A stretch of 64,000 nucleotides of DNA from Longimicrobiales bacterium (GCA_965202985.1 CBDBCF010000001.1:448001-512000); one strand, 5' to 3'. Positions 1-10,488 are shown, counted from the first letter of the stretch. A program made the numbers and translations. Notes: a model not told the origin generated them from the sequence alone.

Positions 1-61
1 TCGCAACCAAGCCCAGGTTGAGGATCGTTGCCGCGGCCAGAACGGCGGCTAGTCTAGTCAT
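1..61 (-). CDS. 5' end of a secreted protein (truncated by window edge)
   Basis: ATG at 61 reads MTRLAAVLAAATILNLGLVA, which is signal-peptide-like, and runs off the window. Confidence 0.45.
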   Translation of the reverse strand, partial: MTRLAAVLAAATILNLGLVA

Positions 62-173
62 GCTGCGGCTTCCGGGCTCGAGTGGGCGTGGGCGCAACTC
101 GCAACATCGAAGGTAACGCGCCCCGCGCCGGCCTTGCCAGCAGGCCGCCGTGCAGAGCCCGGCCCGGCCCCGT

Positions 174-1916
174 TCACTCCTGTCGGCCGGCCTCCACCAC
201 CACGGCGAGCGCAAGCCGCTGGTCGTCTCGCAACACCACGACCTCGACTTCGTCGCCAGGCTCCAGGTCCTGCAAGGCGTACATGTAGCCGTACACGTCC
301 TCCACGTCGCGGCCGGCGAAGCGCACGATCACGTCGCCCCCCTGCAGGCCGGCCTTGGCGGCGGGGCTGCCGTCGCGGACTCCGGTGATCCGCATTCCTC
401 CCGACACGTGGGCGTAGTCGGGGATCGTGCCCACGCGCACCCGGAAGCCGCTTCGCGCCGTGCCGCCGTCCTGGGGCGCGGCAGCACCGTGCGGGTTGCC
501 CGCCCCCGCCACCGGCGTCAGGGACGCGAGGCCCGCCGTCGGCACGACTTCGCGAACCACGGACGCCAGAAGCTCCACGACGCGGTCCATGCCCTCGGCG
601 TTGACCAGATGCCAGTCGTCCTCGACGCGGTGGTACTCCGGGTGCGTGTTGGAGAAGAAGTGGAGGACCGGGATCCCCTTGGCGTAGAAGGAGCTGTGGT
701 CCGATGCGCCGAAGCCGTCGTTCACGAAGCGCAGGTCCAACGGGCGCGCGGCGCCGGCGTTCGCGGCCTCCAGGACCCGGGGCCACTCCTCCGCCGTGCC
801 GACGCCCAGGACCGCGAGCACGTCGTCCCGGACGCGCCCCACCATGTCCAGGTTGAGCATCGCGACGGTCTGCTCCAAGGGAACGAGCGGCGTCTCCACG
901 TACTTGGCCGAGCCCCACAGTCCTCGTTCTTCGCCCGTGAACGCCAGGAACAGCATGTCCTGGGCCAGGGGCGGCCCCGACGAAAGCGCGCGGGCCAGCT
1001 CCAGCAGCACCGCGGTGCCCGAAGCGTTGTCGTCGGCGCCGTTGTGGACGACTCCGACTGCGTTCGGCGAAAGGGAGCCGAAGCCGCCGAAGCCGAGGTG
1101 GTCGTAGTGGGCGCCGACGATCAGAGACTGGCGGGCGGGCGCTCCGCCGACGCTCCGCAGAAGGGCGGCCACGTTCCGGGCCTCGCCGTGCACGGGGGTC
1201 GGGTGGACGGACATTGTGGCCTGCGGCGGCGCCTCGGCGCCCAGCGCTGCGCGCACATCCGCGGCGGCCCCGGCCGTCAGGGCCGCGACGGGGATCGACA
1301 GCGCGGCACGACGCTCGGCGGAAGGGTCCGGCAGCGGATCGTGGTCCCCCAGCAGCACGACGACGCCCGACGCGCCGGCGGCCGCCGCGTTGCTGGCGAA
1401 CCGGTGGGCGTCCACGGCCGGACCATGGGGATGGGCCGCCCCTTCAACGACCCATATCGTGCCCGGTCGGCCCTGTTGGCCGGTCCCGGGGCCGACGCGG
1501 CTCATCGTTCCCTGGACCGTCGCCGAGGCCGAGAAGCCGTAAGGGGTCCACGCGACGCCCTCGATTCTCGCGGCGCCCTCGAGTGTGAACCGCGACGCTT
1601 CGCCCACCTCGGTTCCCGTACGCACGGTCCAGGACTGGAAGTAGGTCCCTTCGTCGCCGGCGGGCTCGAGGCCGAGTTCCCGGAAGCGGTCTGCGATGTA
1701 GTCGCCGGCGCACCGCTCGCCCCGGGTCGCAACCTCGCGGCCCTCCAGCAGGTCGTCGGCCAAGTAGCGGACATGGGCCAGCGTCCCGTCCAGGTCCAAG
1801 TCGGCCAACAACTCTGCGGGCTCGGGGCAGCGCCACGGGTCCTGCTGGGTCGCTGCCGGCATCGCTGCGACGGTCCCGGCGACGACGCACGTTGCGACGG
1901 CAAGCCAGCGCTTCAC
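174..1916 (-). CDS. M28 family metallopeptidase with C-terminal PDZ domain
   Basis: Motifs GAHYDHLG, NGADDNASG, FTGEERG, NLDMVG, SDH and PDZ GSPAAKAGLQGGD; GTG start before a signal peptide. Confidence 0.9.
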   Translation of the reverse strand: MKRWLAVATCVVAGTVAAMPAATQQDPWRCPEPAELLADLDLDGTLAHVRYLADDLLEGREVATRGERCAGDYIADRFRELGLEPAGDEGTYFQSWTVRTGTEVGEASRFTLEGAARIEGVAWTPYGFSASATVQGTMSRVGPGTGQQGRPGTIWVVEGAAHPHGPAVDAHRFASNAAAAGASGVVVLLGDHDPLPDPSAERRAALSIPVAALTAGAAADVRAALGAEAPPQATMSVHPTPVHGEARNVAALLRSVGGAPARQSLIVGAHYDHLGFGGFGSLSPNAVGVVHNGADDNASGTAVLLELARALSSGPPLAQDMLFLAFTGEERGLWGSAKYVETPLVPLEQTVAMLNLDMVGRVRDDVLAVLGVGTAEEWPRVLEAANAGAARPLDLRFVNDGFGASDHSSFYAKGIPVLHFFSNTHPEYHRVEDDWHLVNAEGMDRVVELLASVVREVVPTAGLASLTPVAGAGNPHGAAAPQDGGTARSGFRVRVGTIPDYAHVSGGMRITGVRDGSPAAKAGLQGGDVIVRFAGRDVEDVYGYMYALQDLEPGDEVEVVVLRDDQRLALAVVVEAGRQE

Positions 1917-2002
1917 GCCGGAAGCTCCGCGCCCGCTTGCGGGTCCTGCGCCTGCCAGTTCGCTTGCCACGCCTACGGCGGCGGAGGTCGCGCCGGAACC
2001 CG

Positions 2003-2212
2003 TCAAACGATGATGGCGGCGGGCAACAAGACGACGTAGCCCACGACCAGCAACACCGGCGCCCATGTGATCGACCCTTGGCTGAGCAGGTAGTAGCCCA
2101 GGGAAATGACCGCCAAGCCTGCCAGCGCGCACAACAAGTTCGCCTTGGAGAACTCGAGCGAGGGTCCCGTTCGGGACGCCGCCTTCCTGGCCTTCGCGCT
2201 TGTCGCCCTCAT
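2003..2212 (-). CDS. Small two-helix membrane protein (DUF3098-like)
   Basis: 69-aa ORF with a basic N-terminus and two hydrophobic segments, in operon orientation. Confidence 0.65.
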   Translation of the reverse strand: MRATSAKARKAASRTGPSLEFSKANLLCALAGLAVISLGYYLLSQGSITWAPVLLVVGYVVLLPAAIIV

Positions 2213-2243
2213 GACCGGACGCTACCCGGAACGGGCGGCGAAG

Positions 2244-3245
2244 TCAACCGGGAGACGAGGCCAGGAGCGCCCACTCGCGGACCTCCGCCAACTCGGGCGG
2301 CAACGGCGCCTCGAAGGTCATGGGCCGGCCCGAGACCGGGTGCTCGAACGCCAGCCGGCCCGCGTGAAGGAACTGGCGGGGGGTTCTCTTGGCCAGTTCG
2401 GCCGCCCATCGCAGTCCAGGACCGGAGAAGCCGCGCTCCCGGCCCGCCCCGTAGGTCGTGTCGCCCACGACCGGGTGGCCCAGGGCCAAGGCGTGCACTC
2501 GGATTTGATGGGTCCGGCCCGTGTCCAGCCGGGCTTCGCAGAAGCACGCGGTCCGCCACTCCTCGACGGCGCGGAAGCGGGTGCGGGCGGAGCGGCCTTC
2601 TGCGACGACGGCCATGCGCGTCCGATCCTTGGGGTGTCGCCCGACCGGTCGATCCACGATGACGGGCGACTCGGCCAGGCGCCCCCAAAGCGCGGCCAGG
2701 TACCGGCGCTCCACGCGCCGCTCCTTGAGCGCCTCGGACAGCCCGCGATGCGCCCGGTCCGTCTTGGCCGCCACCATGAGGCCGGAAGTGTCCTTGTCCA
2801 GCCGATGGACGATGCCGGGACGCAGCGCGCCTCCGATCCCCGCCAAGTCGCCCACATGATGCAGCAGCGCGTTGACCAGGGTTCGGTCGGGATGGCCCGG
2901 TGCCGGGTGCACCACCAGCCCCGCCGGCTTGTCCACCACCACCAAGTCCCGATCCTGATGGACGATCCTCACGGGGATGTCCTGGGGCTCGGCCTCGATC
3001 GGGACCGGCGCCGGCACGTCCACCTCCACGCATTGGCCCGCGCAAACCCGCTCCGACTTTTTGGCGGCCCGCCCGTCCACCAGGACTCGCCCGTCCGCCA
3101 CCAGCGCCGCGGCCCGCGTTCGCGACAGGCCCAAGCGAGCGGCCACGTGCAGGTCCAGTCGCCCGGCCGCGCCTTCGTCCGCAACCCACCGGCGGCGCCC
3201 GGCCTCGTCGCCGGGCCCGCCCGCTCCCAGCCCCGCAGCGGTCAC
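2244..3245 (-). CDS. rluD: RluA-family 23S rRNA pseudouridine synthase (RluD-like)
   Basis: S4-like N-terminus, VDKPAGLVVHP, GIVHRLDKDTSG, TGRTHQIRVH; GTG overlaps the ileS stop. Confidence 0.9.
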   Translation of the reverse strand: MTAAGLGAGGPGDEAGRRRWVADEGAAGRLDLHVAARLGLSRTRAAALVADGRVLVDGRAAKKSERVCAGQCVEVDVPAPVPIEAEPQDIPVRIVHQDRDLVVVDKPAGLVVHPAPGHPDRTLVNALLHHVGDLAGIGGALRPGIVHRLDKDTSGLMVAAKTDRAHRGLSEALKERRVERRYLAALWGRLAESPVIVDRPVGRHPKDRTRMAVVAEGRSARTRFRAVEEWRTACFCEARLDTGRTHQIRVHALALGHPVVGDTTYGAGRERGFSGPGLRWAAELAKRTPRQFLHAGRLAFEHPVSGRPMTFEAPLPPELAEVREWALLASSPG

Positions 3246-6200
3246 GCCTTCGACAACCCCAAGACGGCGTCCTCTCCGTCCAGCGTGGTCCTGCGGAGCC
3301 ATGCGTACCCGCCGGCGGAGTCGTCGTCGCTCCCCAGCCCGTCGCCGCCCACCTCCACGGCCACGGCCAGCGTCTCCCCGGCGACCACGTCCGTGTGCTC
3401 GCGAGCCGCGGCCAAGACCGCCGCCGTCCCCCGCACCCCCAACCGTATGCGGTCGGTGACTTCGAGCCCCGCGTCCCGGCGCAGGCGCTGAACGCGGCTC
3501 ACCAGTTCGCGGGCCAACCCCTCGCGGCGAAGCTCCTCGGTGACGGCGGGGTCCAGCGCCACCGTGCACGGCCCCTCGGACCGCACCACCCACGCCCCCC
3601 GCGCCTCTTCCACCACATCCAGGTCGTCGTTGCCCAGCTCGTGGCGCTCGCCGTCCAGCTCCACGTGCAGAGCGGAGCCCCCGCGGAACGCCTTCAACGC
3701 CTCCGGCGACAGCGCTCGCACGTGCTCCGCCACCTCTTCGGTGCGCTTTCGGAAGCGTCGTCCCAGCGCCCGATAGTTGGGACGCGCCGACAGCGCCACC
3801 ACATCTTCGGCGGAGCCCGCGAACGTCACCGACTTCACGTTGAGCTCGTCCTCGAGAAGGGCCAAGACGGGACCCGACGGGGGATCGCCGGGGACCACGG
3901 CAAGGACCCGTCCCAACGGTTGCCGCACCCGGACGCGGGCGTCCTCCCGCGCAGCGCGCCCCAGCGTGCACAACGCGCGCACGACGGCCATCTCGCGCTC
4001 GAGCTCCTCGTCCATCAGGGCGCGGGCCGGCTCCGGGAAGCGCTCCAGATGGCTGGACCGCCCCGCAAGCGCCCTGTGCAGCCAGTCCGACGCGAACGGG
4101 ACCACCGGCGCCAGCAGCAGCGCTACGACCCGCAGCGCCTGGTGCAGCGTGGCGAACGCCGCCGCCGAGTCGGCTTGCAGGTCCGAGTCGGCCGGGCCGT
4201 CCGCGCGCTCGCCCCCCCAGAAGCGGGGTCGCGCCCGGCGCACGTACCAGTTGGACAGGTCGCCGTCCAGAAAGGCGGCCACCTCGCGGTAGGCCCGCGT
4301 CGGGTTGTAGCCGTCCAGCTCGCGGCGCACCAACTCCGCCAGGCCGTTCAGCCTGGACAGCAGCCAGCGGTCCAAGACGGGGCGCTGGGCCGGCGGCGGC
4401 GCCCGTTTCGCGTCCTGCGGCGCCCAGCCCTCCACGTCGGCGTACAGCGCGAAGAACCGGTACGTGTTGAAGAGCGTGTCGAAGAAGCGGGAGGCCGACT
4501 CCCGCACTTTCGCCGAATCGAAGCGCGTGGGCAGCCACGGGTTGCTGACGGTGATCATGTACCAGCGGACGCCGTCGGCGCCGTGCTCGCTCACCGCGTC
4601 CCAGGGGTCCACCACGTTGCCTCGGGACTTGGACATCTTCCGGCCGGCGGCGTCCAGGATCAGGTCGTTCACGACCACGTTCCGGAACGCCGGCCCCAGA
4701 CCCAGCATGGTGGAGATGGCGTGGAGCGAGTAGAACCAGCCCCGCGTTTGGTCCACCGCCTCGCAGACGAAGTCGGCCGGGAAGTGCCGGCGGAAGCGCT
4801 CCCGGTTCTCGAAGGGATAGTGCCACTGCGCCCAGGGCATCGCGCCCGAGTCGAACCAGACGTCGATCACCTCCGGCGTCCGCCGCATGACCGCCCCGGT
4901 GGCGGGGCACTTCCACGTCACGTCGTCGATGAAGGGCCGGTGCGGATCGAAGTCGTCGGGCAGTCCGCCGGCCTTCTCCGCCAGCTCGGCCAAGCTGCCG
5001 ATCCACTCCACGCGCGAAGGATCGTCCTCCGAGACCCAGACGGGGAGCGGCGTGCCCCAGTAGCGGTCCCGCGACAAGGCCCAGTCCACGTTCCCCTTGA
5101 GCCACTCGCCGAAGCGCCCCTCGCCCGTCTCCGGCGGGTGCCACGCCACCTGCGCGTTGTTTTCCAGAAGCTCCTTCCGAAGGGCCGACGTGCGGGCGAA
5201 CCAGCTGTGGCGGGCCATGTAGATCAGGGGCGTCTCGCAGCGCCAGCAGTGCGGGTAGGCGTGCGCTTGGCGACTGTAAGCGAAGACGAGTCCGCGCGCC
5301 TTCAGGTCGGCCACCAGGGGTTCGTCGGCGTCCTTGAAGAACAGTCCTCCGACCAGGGGCAGGTCGGGGTCGAAGGCGCCGTCGGCGCGCACCGGCTCCA
5401 GCACGGCCAGGCCGAACTCCTTGCCCGCGCGATAGTCGTCGTCGCCGTACGCCGGGGCCATGTGGACGATCCCCGACCCCTCTTCGGCCGAAACGAAGTC
5501 GCCCGGCACGATCTCCCAGGCGCGGCCGCGGACCTCGTTCTGGGGCACGATGTCGAAGGGGCGGCGGTACTTGCGGCCCAGCAGCTGCTCCACCGGCACG
5601 GGCTGGGCGACGCAGTCCTCGCCGAAGAGCGCCGCCGCCCGGTCGCGCGCCGCGACGACGCGCTTGCCGGCGTGCTCGACCTCCACGTAGGCCACCTTCG
5701 GGTTGACGGCCAGGGCCGCGTTCGAGACCAGCGTCCAGGGCGTGGTCGTCCACACCAGGACGTGCCGGCCCGACCCGTCCAGCAGCTCGACGGTCAGGTA
5801 GAGCGACGGGTCCTCCACCTCGCGGTAGCCCAGCGACAGCTCGTGGGACGACAGCACCGTCTGATCCTTGGGACACCACGGGACCACCTTGTGGCCCCGG
5901 TAGAGAAGGTCGCGGTCGGCCATCTGCTTGAGGAGCCACCACACCGACTCCACGTAGGCCGCGTCGAAGGTCACGTAGGGACGCGAGTAGTCCAGCCAGT
6001 AGCCGATCCGCTCGGAGAAGCGCTCCCATTCGTCCTTGTAGACGAAGACCGAGGCCCGGCACTGCTCGTTGAACCAAGCGATCCCGCGCGCTTCGATCTC
6101 CTTCTTGTCCTCGATGCCCAGCTGCTTCTGGGCCTCGATCTCCACGGGCAGCCCGTGCGTGTCCCAGCCGGCGATGCGGGTGACGTGCTTGCCCCGCATG

Positions 6201-6415
6201 GTCTGGTAGCGGCAGACCAGGTCCTTGATGGCGCGGCTGATGACGTGGTGGAGGCCCGGCCGACCGTTGGCCGTGGGCGGTCCCTCGTAGAAGACGAACT
6301 CGGGGGCGTCGCGGGTGGCCTCCAGGGACCGGGCGAAGGTGTCCTCCCGGCGCCACGTCTCGAGGACGGACTCCTCCATGGCGACCCGGGAGGCCGGCGG
6401 GCGGGGAAACGGCAT
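3242..6415 (-). CDS. ileS: Isoleucine--tRNA ligase (IleRS2 type)
   Basis: FYEGPPTANG, GWDTHGLP, WALSRDRYWGTP, KMSKS. Confidence 0.97.
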   Translation of the reverse strand: MPFPRPPASRVAMEESVLETWRREDTFARSLEATRDAPEFVFYEGPPTANGRPGLHHVISRAIKDLVCRYQTMRGKHVTRIAGWDTHGLPVEIEAQKQLGIEDKKEIEARGIAWFNEQCRASVFVYKDEWERFSERIGYWLDYSRPYVTFDAAYVESVWWLLKQMADRDLLYRGHKVVPWCPKDQTVLSSHELSLGYREVEDPSLYLTVELLDGSGRHVLVWTTTPWTLVSNAALAVNPKVAYVEVEHAGKRVVAARDRAAALFGEDCVAQPVPVEQLLGRKYRRPFDIVPQNEVRGRAWEIVPGDFVSAEEGSGIVHMAPAYGDDDYRAGKEFGLAVLEPVRADGAFDPDLPLVGGLFFKDADEPLVADLKARGLVFAYSRQAHAYPHCWRCETPLIYMARHSWFARTSALRKELLENNAQVAWHPPETGEGRFGEWLKGNVDWALSRDRYWGTPLPVWVSEDDPSRVEWIGSLAELAEKAGGLPDDFDPHRPFIDDVTWKCPATGAVMRRTPEVIDVWFDSGAMPWAQWHYPFENRERFRRHFPADFVCEAVDQTRGWFYSLHAISTMLGLGPAFRNVVVNDLILDAAGRKMSKSRGNVVDPWDAVSEHGADGVRWYMITVSNPWLPTRFDSAKVRESASRFFDTLFNTYRFFALYADVEGWAPQDAKRAPPPAQRPVLDRWLLSRLNGLAELVRRELDGYNPTRAYREVAAFLDGDLSNWYVRRARPRFWGGERADGPADSDLQADSAAAFATLHQALRVVALLLAPVVPFASDWLHRALAGRSSHLERFPEPARALMDEELEREMAVVRALCTLGRAAREDARVRVRQPLGRVLAVVPGDPPSGPVLALLEDELNVKSVTFAGSAEDVVALSARPNYRALGRRFRKRTEEVAEHVRALSPEALKAFRGGSALHVELDGERHELGNDDLDVVEEARGAWVVRSEGPCTVALDPAVTEELRREGLARELVSRVQRLRRDAGLEVTDRIRLGVRGTAAVLAAAREHTDVVAGETLAVAVEVGGDGLGSDDDSAGGYAWLRRTTLDGEDAVLGLSKA

Positions 6416-6431
6416 CGGAGGGGACGACTCG

Positions 6432-7244
6432 CTAGCGGAGGCCGGCCACCAGCCCCGACACCAGGCAGGTCAGCTTGGGTTCGGCCGCCTGGGTAACGGC
6501 AATGATCTCGGCCACGTCGACCTCCGTCAGCGCGTCGGGAAGGCACTGGTCGGTGACGACGGCCACCGCCAGGACGCGCATTCCCATGTGACGGGCGGCC
6601 ACGACTTCGGGGACCGTGGACATGCCCACCACGTCGGCCCCCAGGGCGCGCAGCAGGCGGTACTCGGCCCGGGTCTCCAGCTGGGGGCCGGGAACCGCCG
6701 CGTAGACGCCTTCGCGCAGGACGATTCCCTGGGCCAGGGCCAAGGCTGCCGCCGACCGCCGCAGCTCCGGGTCGTACGGGGCGGACATGTCGGGGAAGCG
6801 GGGACCCAGCGCGTCCAGGTTGGGACCGGCCAGAGGACTGTCGCCCATGAGGTTGACGTGGTCGTCCAGAAGGACCAGGTCGCCGGGCGCCCACAGCGGG
6901 TTCATGCCGCCGCACGCGGCCGACACGAACAGGGTCTCCGCGCCCAAGAGCTTCGCGACCCGCACCGGGAAGACGACGTCGTGCAGCGCGTAGCCCTCGT
7001 AGGCGTGGAGGCGGCCCTGCATGGCCGCGACGGGAACGCCCTCCAGCGTGCCCAGCAGGAGCTTGCCGACGTGGCTCTCGACGGTGGAGACCGGAAAGTG
7101 GGGAAGCTCCTCGTAGGGGACTTCGGCCTCTACCGACATGGCGTCGCCCAGCCCCCCCAGCCCGGTGCCCAGGACGATCCCCGCCCGGGGCTCCAGCGCG
7201 CACCGGGCGCGGACGGCGGCAACCGCCTCTTCCAGCCGCGCCAT
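6432..7244 (-). CDS. punA: Purine-nucleoside phosphorylase
   Basis: IVLGTGLG, QGRLHAYEG, GPQLETRAE, VGMSTVPE; alternative GTG start at 7328. Confidence 0.92.
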   Translation of the reverse strand: MARLEEAVAAVRARCALEPRAGIVLGTGLGGLGDAMSVEAEVPYEELPHFPVSTVESHVGKLLLGTLEGVPVAAMQGRLHAYEGYALHDVVFPVRVAKLLGAETLFVSAACGGMNPLWAPGDLVLLDDHVNLMGDSPLAGPNLDALGPRFPDMSAPYDPELRRSAAALALAQGIVLREGVYAAVPGPQLETRAEYRLLRALGADVVGMSTVPEVVAARHMGMRVLAVAVVTDQCLPDALTEVDVAEIIAVTQAAEPKLTCLVSGLVAGLR

Positions 7245-7324
7245 CTGACCCGACGCCTCGGCCGCCCGCTCGGCAGCGCCGCCCCCGTCGCCGGACGTCG
7301 CCCTGCCGGCGGCATCACCCCCCG

Positions 7325-8059
7325 TCACCGGGGCCGCTCTCCCAGCAGCGCCGTGCCCAGGCGCACCATGGTGCTCCCCTCCGCCACCGCCAGCTCGTAG
7401 TCGTTGGACATCCCCATCGACAGCTCCCGCGCATCGAAACCCGAGACGTTGGCCGCCTCCTCCAAGAGCCCGCGCACCCGCCGGAAGGTGGCGCGCAGCA
7501 CGGCCTCGTCGCGGGTGAACGGCGCCATCGTCATCAGGCCCTGCACCCGAAGCCCCGGCAGCGCGGCCACTTGGGCGACGGCCTCCAGCGCGGCTTCCGA
7601 CCCGTCGCCGACGGCGAAGCCCCCCTTGGCCGGCTCGCCCGACGCGTTGACCTGCACCAGCGCCGCCAGCCGCCGCTCCTGGGCCTCCGCCGCGCGGGAA
7701 AGCCTCTCCGCCAGCCGGAGCGAGTCCACGCTGTGGACGATGTCGGCCAGGCGGGCGGCCCGAGTCGCCTTCCGGCCCTGCACGTGCCCGATCATGTGCC
7801 ATCGGACGTCCCGGCCCCGGAACGCGGCCTCCTTGTCCTCCAGCTCCTCCACCCGGTTCTCCCCCACGTCGGCGAGTCCCGCACCCAGAACCGCCTGGAT
7901 CGCCCCTGCCGGATGGCCCTTTGTGACGGCCACGATCCGCACTGAGCCCGGCTCCCGGCCGTTGCGCCCGGCCGCCGCCTCGATCCGCTCGCGGACTCGC
8001 GGCAGGCGCTCCGCCAAGCAACGGTCGAACGGCGTCGCGTCCACGGGTTCCGCGCCCAA
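7325..8059 (-). CDS. yggS: YggS family pyridoxal-phosphate homeostasis protein
   Basis: VAVTK, GENRVEE, WHMIG, LSMGMSNDY, GSTMVRLGT. Confidence 0.93.
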   Translation of the reverse strand: MGAEPVDATPFDRCLAERLPRVRERIEAAAGRNGREPGSVRIVAVTKGHPAGAIQAVLGAGLADVGENRVEELEDKEAAFRGRDVRWHMIGHVQGRKATRAARLADIVHSVDSLRLAERLSRAAEAQERRLAALVQVNASGEPAKGGFAVGDGSEAALEAVAQVAALPGLRVQGLMTMAPFTRDEAVLRATFRRVRGLLEEAANVSGFDARELSMGMSNDYELAVAEGSTMVRLGTALLGERPR

Positions 8060-8062
8060 AGG

Positions 8063-8099
8063 AAAAACGCCCCGCCGGCCGCTGGGGACCGGCGGGGCG
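8063..8099 (-). terminator. Intrinsic terminator after tonB
   Basis: Perfect 11-bp stem CGCCCCGCCGG/CCGGCGGGGCG (8068-8078/8089-8099) followed by T5 on the minus strand. Confidence 0.75.
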
Positions 8100-8125
8100 C
8101 TCCCGCCCAGCGGAGGCAGAAAGCC

Positions 8126-8791
8126 CTACCGGGTCGTGAAGGTAATGGGGAACTCCACCCAGACCGGCACCACTTTGTCGCGGTTCAGGGCCGGGGTGAA
8201 GTTGAACACCGGGGCCACGCGCAGAGCAGCGTCGTCCAGCGCGGTGTGTCCGGAACTCGTCTCCACCACCGCGTTCTGGACCACGCCCTCCTCGTCGATG
8301 AAGAAGTTGACCAGGACCGTCCCGCCGATCCCGGCGTCCCGGAGCAGCGCCGGATACTCGCGCTCCAGCGCCCGTTGGACTTCGCGGGCGTTCGTGTAGC
8401 TGGGCCGTACGGTGTAGGGCGTGAAGGTGGGGGCCGCCGAGATGTCGGTCTGCACCTCGGACGGAGGCGGCGGCAGGTCCTCCACCGCGACCGACTCGAA
8501 GGTGTTCACCTCGATGGTGATCTCGTCGTCGATCACCGCCTCGGCGACCACGGGCGTGGCCGGGCGGGCGATGGCCTCCGGGGGCGGCGGGATCTCGACC
8601 TCGGGCGGGATCTCCACGGCCTCCAGCTCGTCGGCGGTGAAGCTCACGTCCTCGGCCTCCAGGTCGGGCCACATCAGGAACACGGCGAAGTGCATCACCG
8701 TGGCCGCGATCATGGATCCCCAGAACCAGCCGGAGAACGACTTCTTGAAGCGTTCGTTGGCGCTCTGCTGTTCGATCGTCTGCTCGCTCAT
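8126..8791 (-). CDS. tonB: Energy transducer TonB
   Basis: N-terminal TM helix with His, Pro/Glu-rich linker, C-terminal YP..GIGGTV..TSSGH..LDDAAL. Confidence 0.9.
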   Translation of the reverse strand: MSEQTIEQQSANERFKKSFSGWFWGSMIAATVMHFAVFLMWPDLEAEDVSFTADELEAVEIPPEVEIPPPPEAIARPATPVVAEAVIDDEITIEVNTFESVAVEDLPPPPSEVQTDISAAPTFTPYTVRPSYTNAREVQRALEREYPALLRDAGIGGTVLVNFFIDEEGVVQNAVVETSSGHTALDDAALRVAPVFNFTPALNRDKVVPVWVEFPITFTTR

Positions 8792-9234
8792 CGTCTCTCC
8801 CTTGTCATGGTCTGTTCAAGCTCGGTCGCGAATACGACCCGGAGCACGTTGGCGGACACAAGTTCTTCTTGCACCGCGTCGATGAATCGGTATGGAACGG
8901 AGCGGTCGGAGCGGATGGAGATCACCAGGCTGCGGTTGCTGCCGTATAGCGGCCCCACGATGCCGCCCACTTCGGACATGGCCACCTGCACGTCGTTGAT
9001 GAAGACGGCGCCGTTGGTCTCCACCCAGATGTTGAGGATGTTCTTCTGCTTCTCGTCGATCTTCTCCGTGGCCTCGGCCGCCGCCCACTCGATCGGCCGG
9101 TCCTTGTCGGTCTGGAAGACCGTGGACACCATGAAGAAGATGAGCAGCAGGAAGGCGATGTCGGCCAGCGAGGAGGAAGGGATCTGCTGGGACGCCTTGG
9201 ACTTCCGCTGAAGCCCGCCGGATTTGAGGCCCAT
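8788..9234 (-). CDS. exbD: ExbD/TolR family protein
   Basis: SLADIAFLLLIFFMV transmembrane motif. Confidence 0.9.
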   Translation of the reverse strand: MGLKSGGLQRKSKASQQIPSSSLADIAFLLLIFFMVSTVFQTDKDRPIEWAAAEATEKIDEKQKNILNIWVETNGAVFINDVQVAMSEVGGIVGPLYGSNRSLVISIRSDRSVPYRFIDAVQEELVSANVLRVVFATELEQTMTRERR

Positions 9235-9241
9235 GCTCGTG

Positions 9242-9664
9242 CTACTCCAGGATCTGAAGCGAGATGCGTTCGGCGCCCGCCGACTGCAGGGCGTCCAGGA
9301 CGTCCACCATGAAGCGGTAGGGCGCGTCGGGGTGGGTCTTCACGGCGGCGATGAGTCCGTCGTTCTGCGCCACGTCCTGCCGCCAGATCGCCTCCACGGC
9401 GTCGGGCCTGACCGTCTGCTCCTGCTGGCTCTCGCCCCGTTTGATCGTCACGGCGCCGTTCGGGTTGACGATGATGTGGAGGATGTTCTTCTGGCTGACC
9501 TCCTGCTCTTCGCCCTTCTCGGGCAGGACGATGGCGAGCCCCTTGTCCTTGGGGAACGTCGTCGTCACCAGGAAGAAGATGAGGAGGAGGAACGCGATGT
9601 CGGCCATCGACGAGGAGGGAATCTCGTCGGAGACCTTGGATTTCTTTCCGCCCAGTACCGCCAT
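9242..9664 (-). CDS. exbD: ExbD/TolR family protein
   Basis: SMADIAFLLLIFFLVTT; ATG at 9664 after GGAGG. Confidence 0.9.
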   Translation of the reverse strand: MAVLGGKKSKVSDEIPSSSMADIAFLLLIFFLVTTTFPKDKGLAIVLPEKGEEQEVSQKNILHIIVNPNGAVTIKRGESQQEQTVRPDAVEAIWRQDVAQNDGLIAAVKTHPDAPYRFMVDVLDALQSAGAERISLQILE

Positions 9665-9684
9665 CTCTGCCGACCTCCGTTGAG

Positions 9685-10350
9685 TTAGGTCCCCGCCACC
9701 ACCCGCAACTTGCCGTCCCGCTCCAAGTCCCAGGCGATGTTGAGGATCTTTTGCGTGCTCTGCTCCATGTCCACGATCAGCTTGTCGATGCGCGTCACGA
9801 AGAAGTTGTAGCCGATGTTCACCGGGATGGCGATGGTGAGGCCCGCCGCCGTCGTCACCAGCGCAACCTTGATCCCGCCCGCGACCAGTCCGGGGTCCAC
9901 GTTCCCGGCGGATTCGATCGAGGCGAACGCCAGGATCATCCCCGCCACGGTCCCCAGGAAGCCCATCAGCGGCGCCACGTTGGCGACGGTGGCCAAGATG
10001 ACCAGCCCCCGCTCCAGGAAGCTGAGCTCGATCGCTCCCGCCGTGGAGATCGCCTGCTCCAGCTCGCCCCGGTTCAAGGTGAGGCTTCGGATGCGCCGGA
10101 GACCGGCCAGCAAGATGGCGGCCGCCGGCCCCGGCGTGGCAGCGGCGACCTCGGCTGCCTCGTCCAGCCGGCCCGCGACCGCCGCCTCTTCGACCTTCTC
10201 CAAGACCGACACGGTGTCCTTGTGGGCGATCCAAAGCGTCCACGCCTTGGCGATGACCACGCCCAGGGCGATCAGGGAGCACACGATCAGCGGGTACATC
10301 ATGGGACCGCCGTCGGCGAACAGGGTGGTGAGGTCGTAGCTGTTGTTCAA
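9685..10350 (-). CDS. exbB: MotA/TolQ/ExbB proton channel protein
   Basis: GGPMMYPL, APLMGFLGTVAGMI, GIKVALVTTAAGL; TTG start after GGAG. Confidence 0.92.
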   Translation of the reverse strand: MNNSYDLTTLFADGGPMMYPLIVCSLIALGVVIAKAWTLWIAHKDTVSVLEKVEEAAVAGRLDEAAEVAAATPGPAAAILLAGLRRIRSLTLNRGELEQAISTAGAIELSFLERGLVILATVANVAPLMGFLGTVAGMILAFASIESAGNVDPGLVAGGIKVALVTTAAGLTIAIPVNIGYNFFVTRIDKLIVDMEQSTQKILNIAWDLERDGKLRVVAGT

Positions 10351-10458
10351 GTTCCGCTCCGAAGAGATGAGGCCGTCTCGAACCGGCGAGGCGTCCCGCT
10401 GGGCAACGCGACGTTCCGCAATGTAGGAAGCCGTCCTGTTCGAGTCAACAATTGGGTT

Positions 10459-10488
10459 ATTGTAGGGCGATCCGTTCCGGCAAGGCAA
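10459..10488 (-). promoter_or_regulatory. Putative sigma70 promoter of the exbB operon
   Basis: TTGCCT-N18-TACAAT in an AT-richer intergenic stretch. Confidence 0.35.

Noticed and set aside
2244..6496. Very long ORFs (1370 aa minus, 1198 aa plus) and many similar Arg/Gly/Pro-rich ORFs across the window
   Set aside because: Off-frame or antisense shadows of real genes in high-GC DNA; only the RluD part of the 1370-aa ORF has motifs
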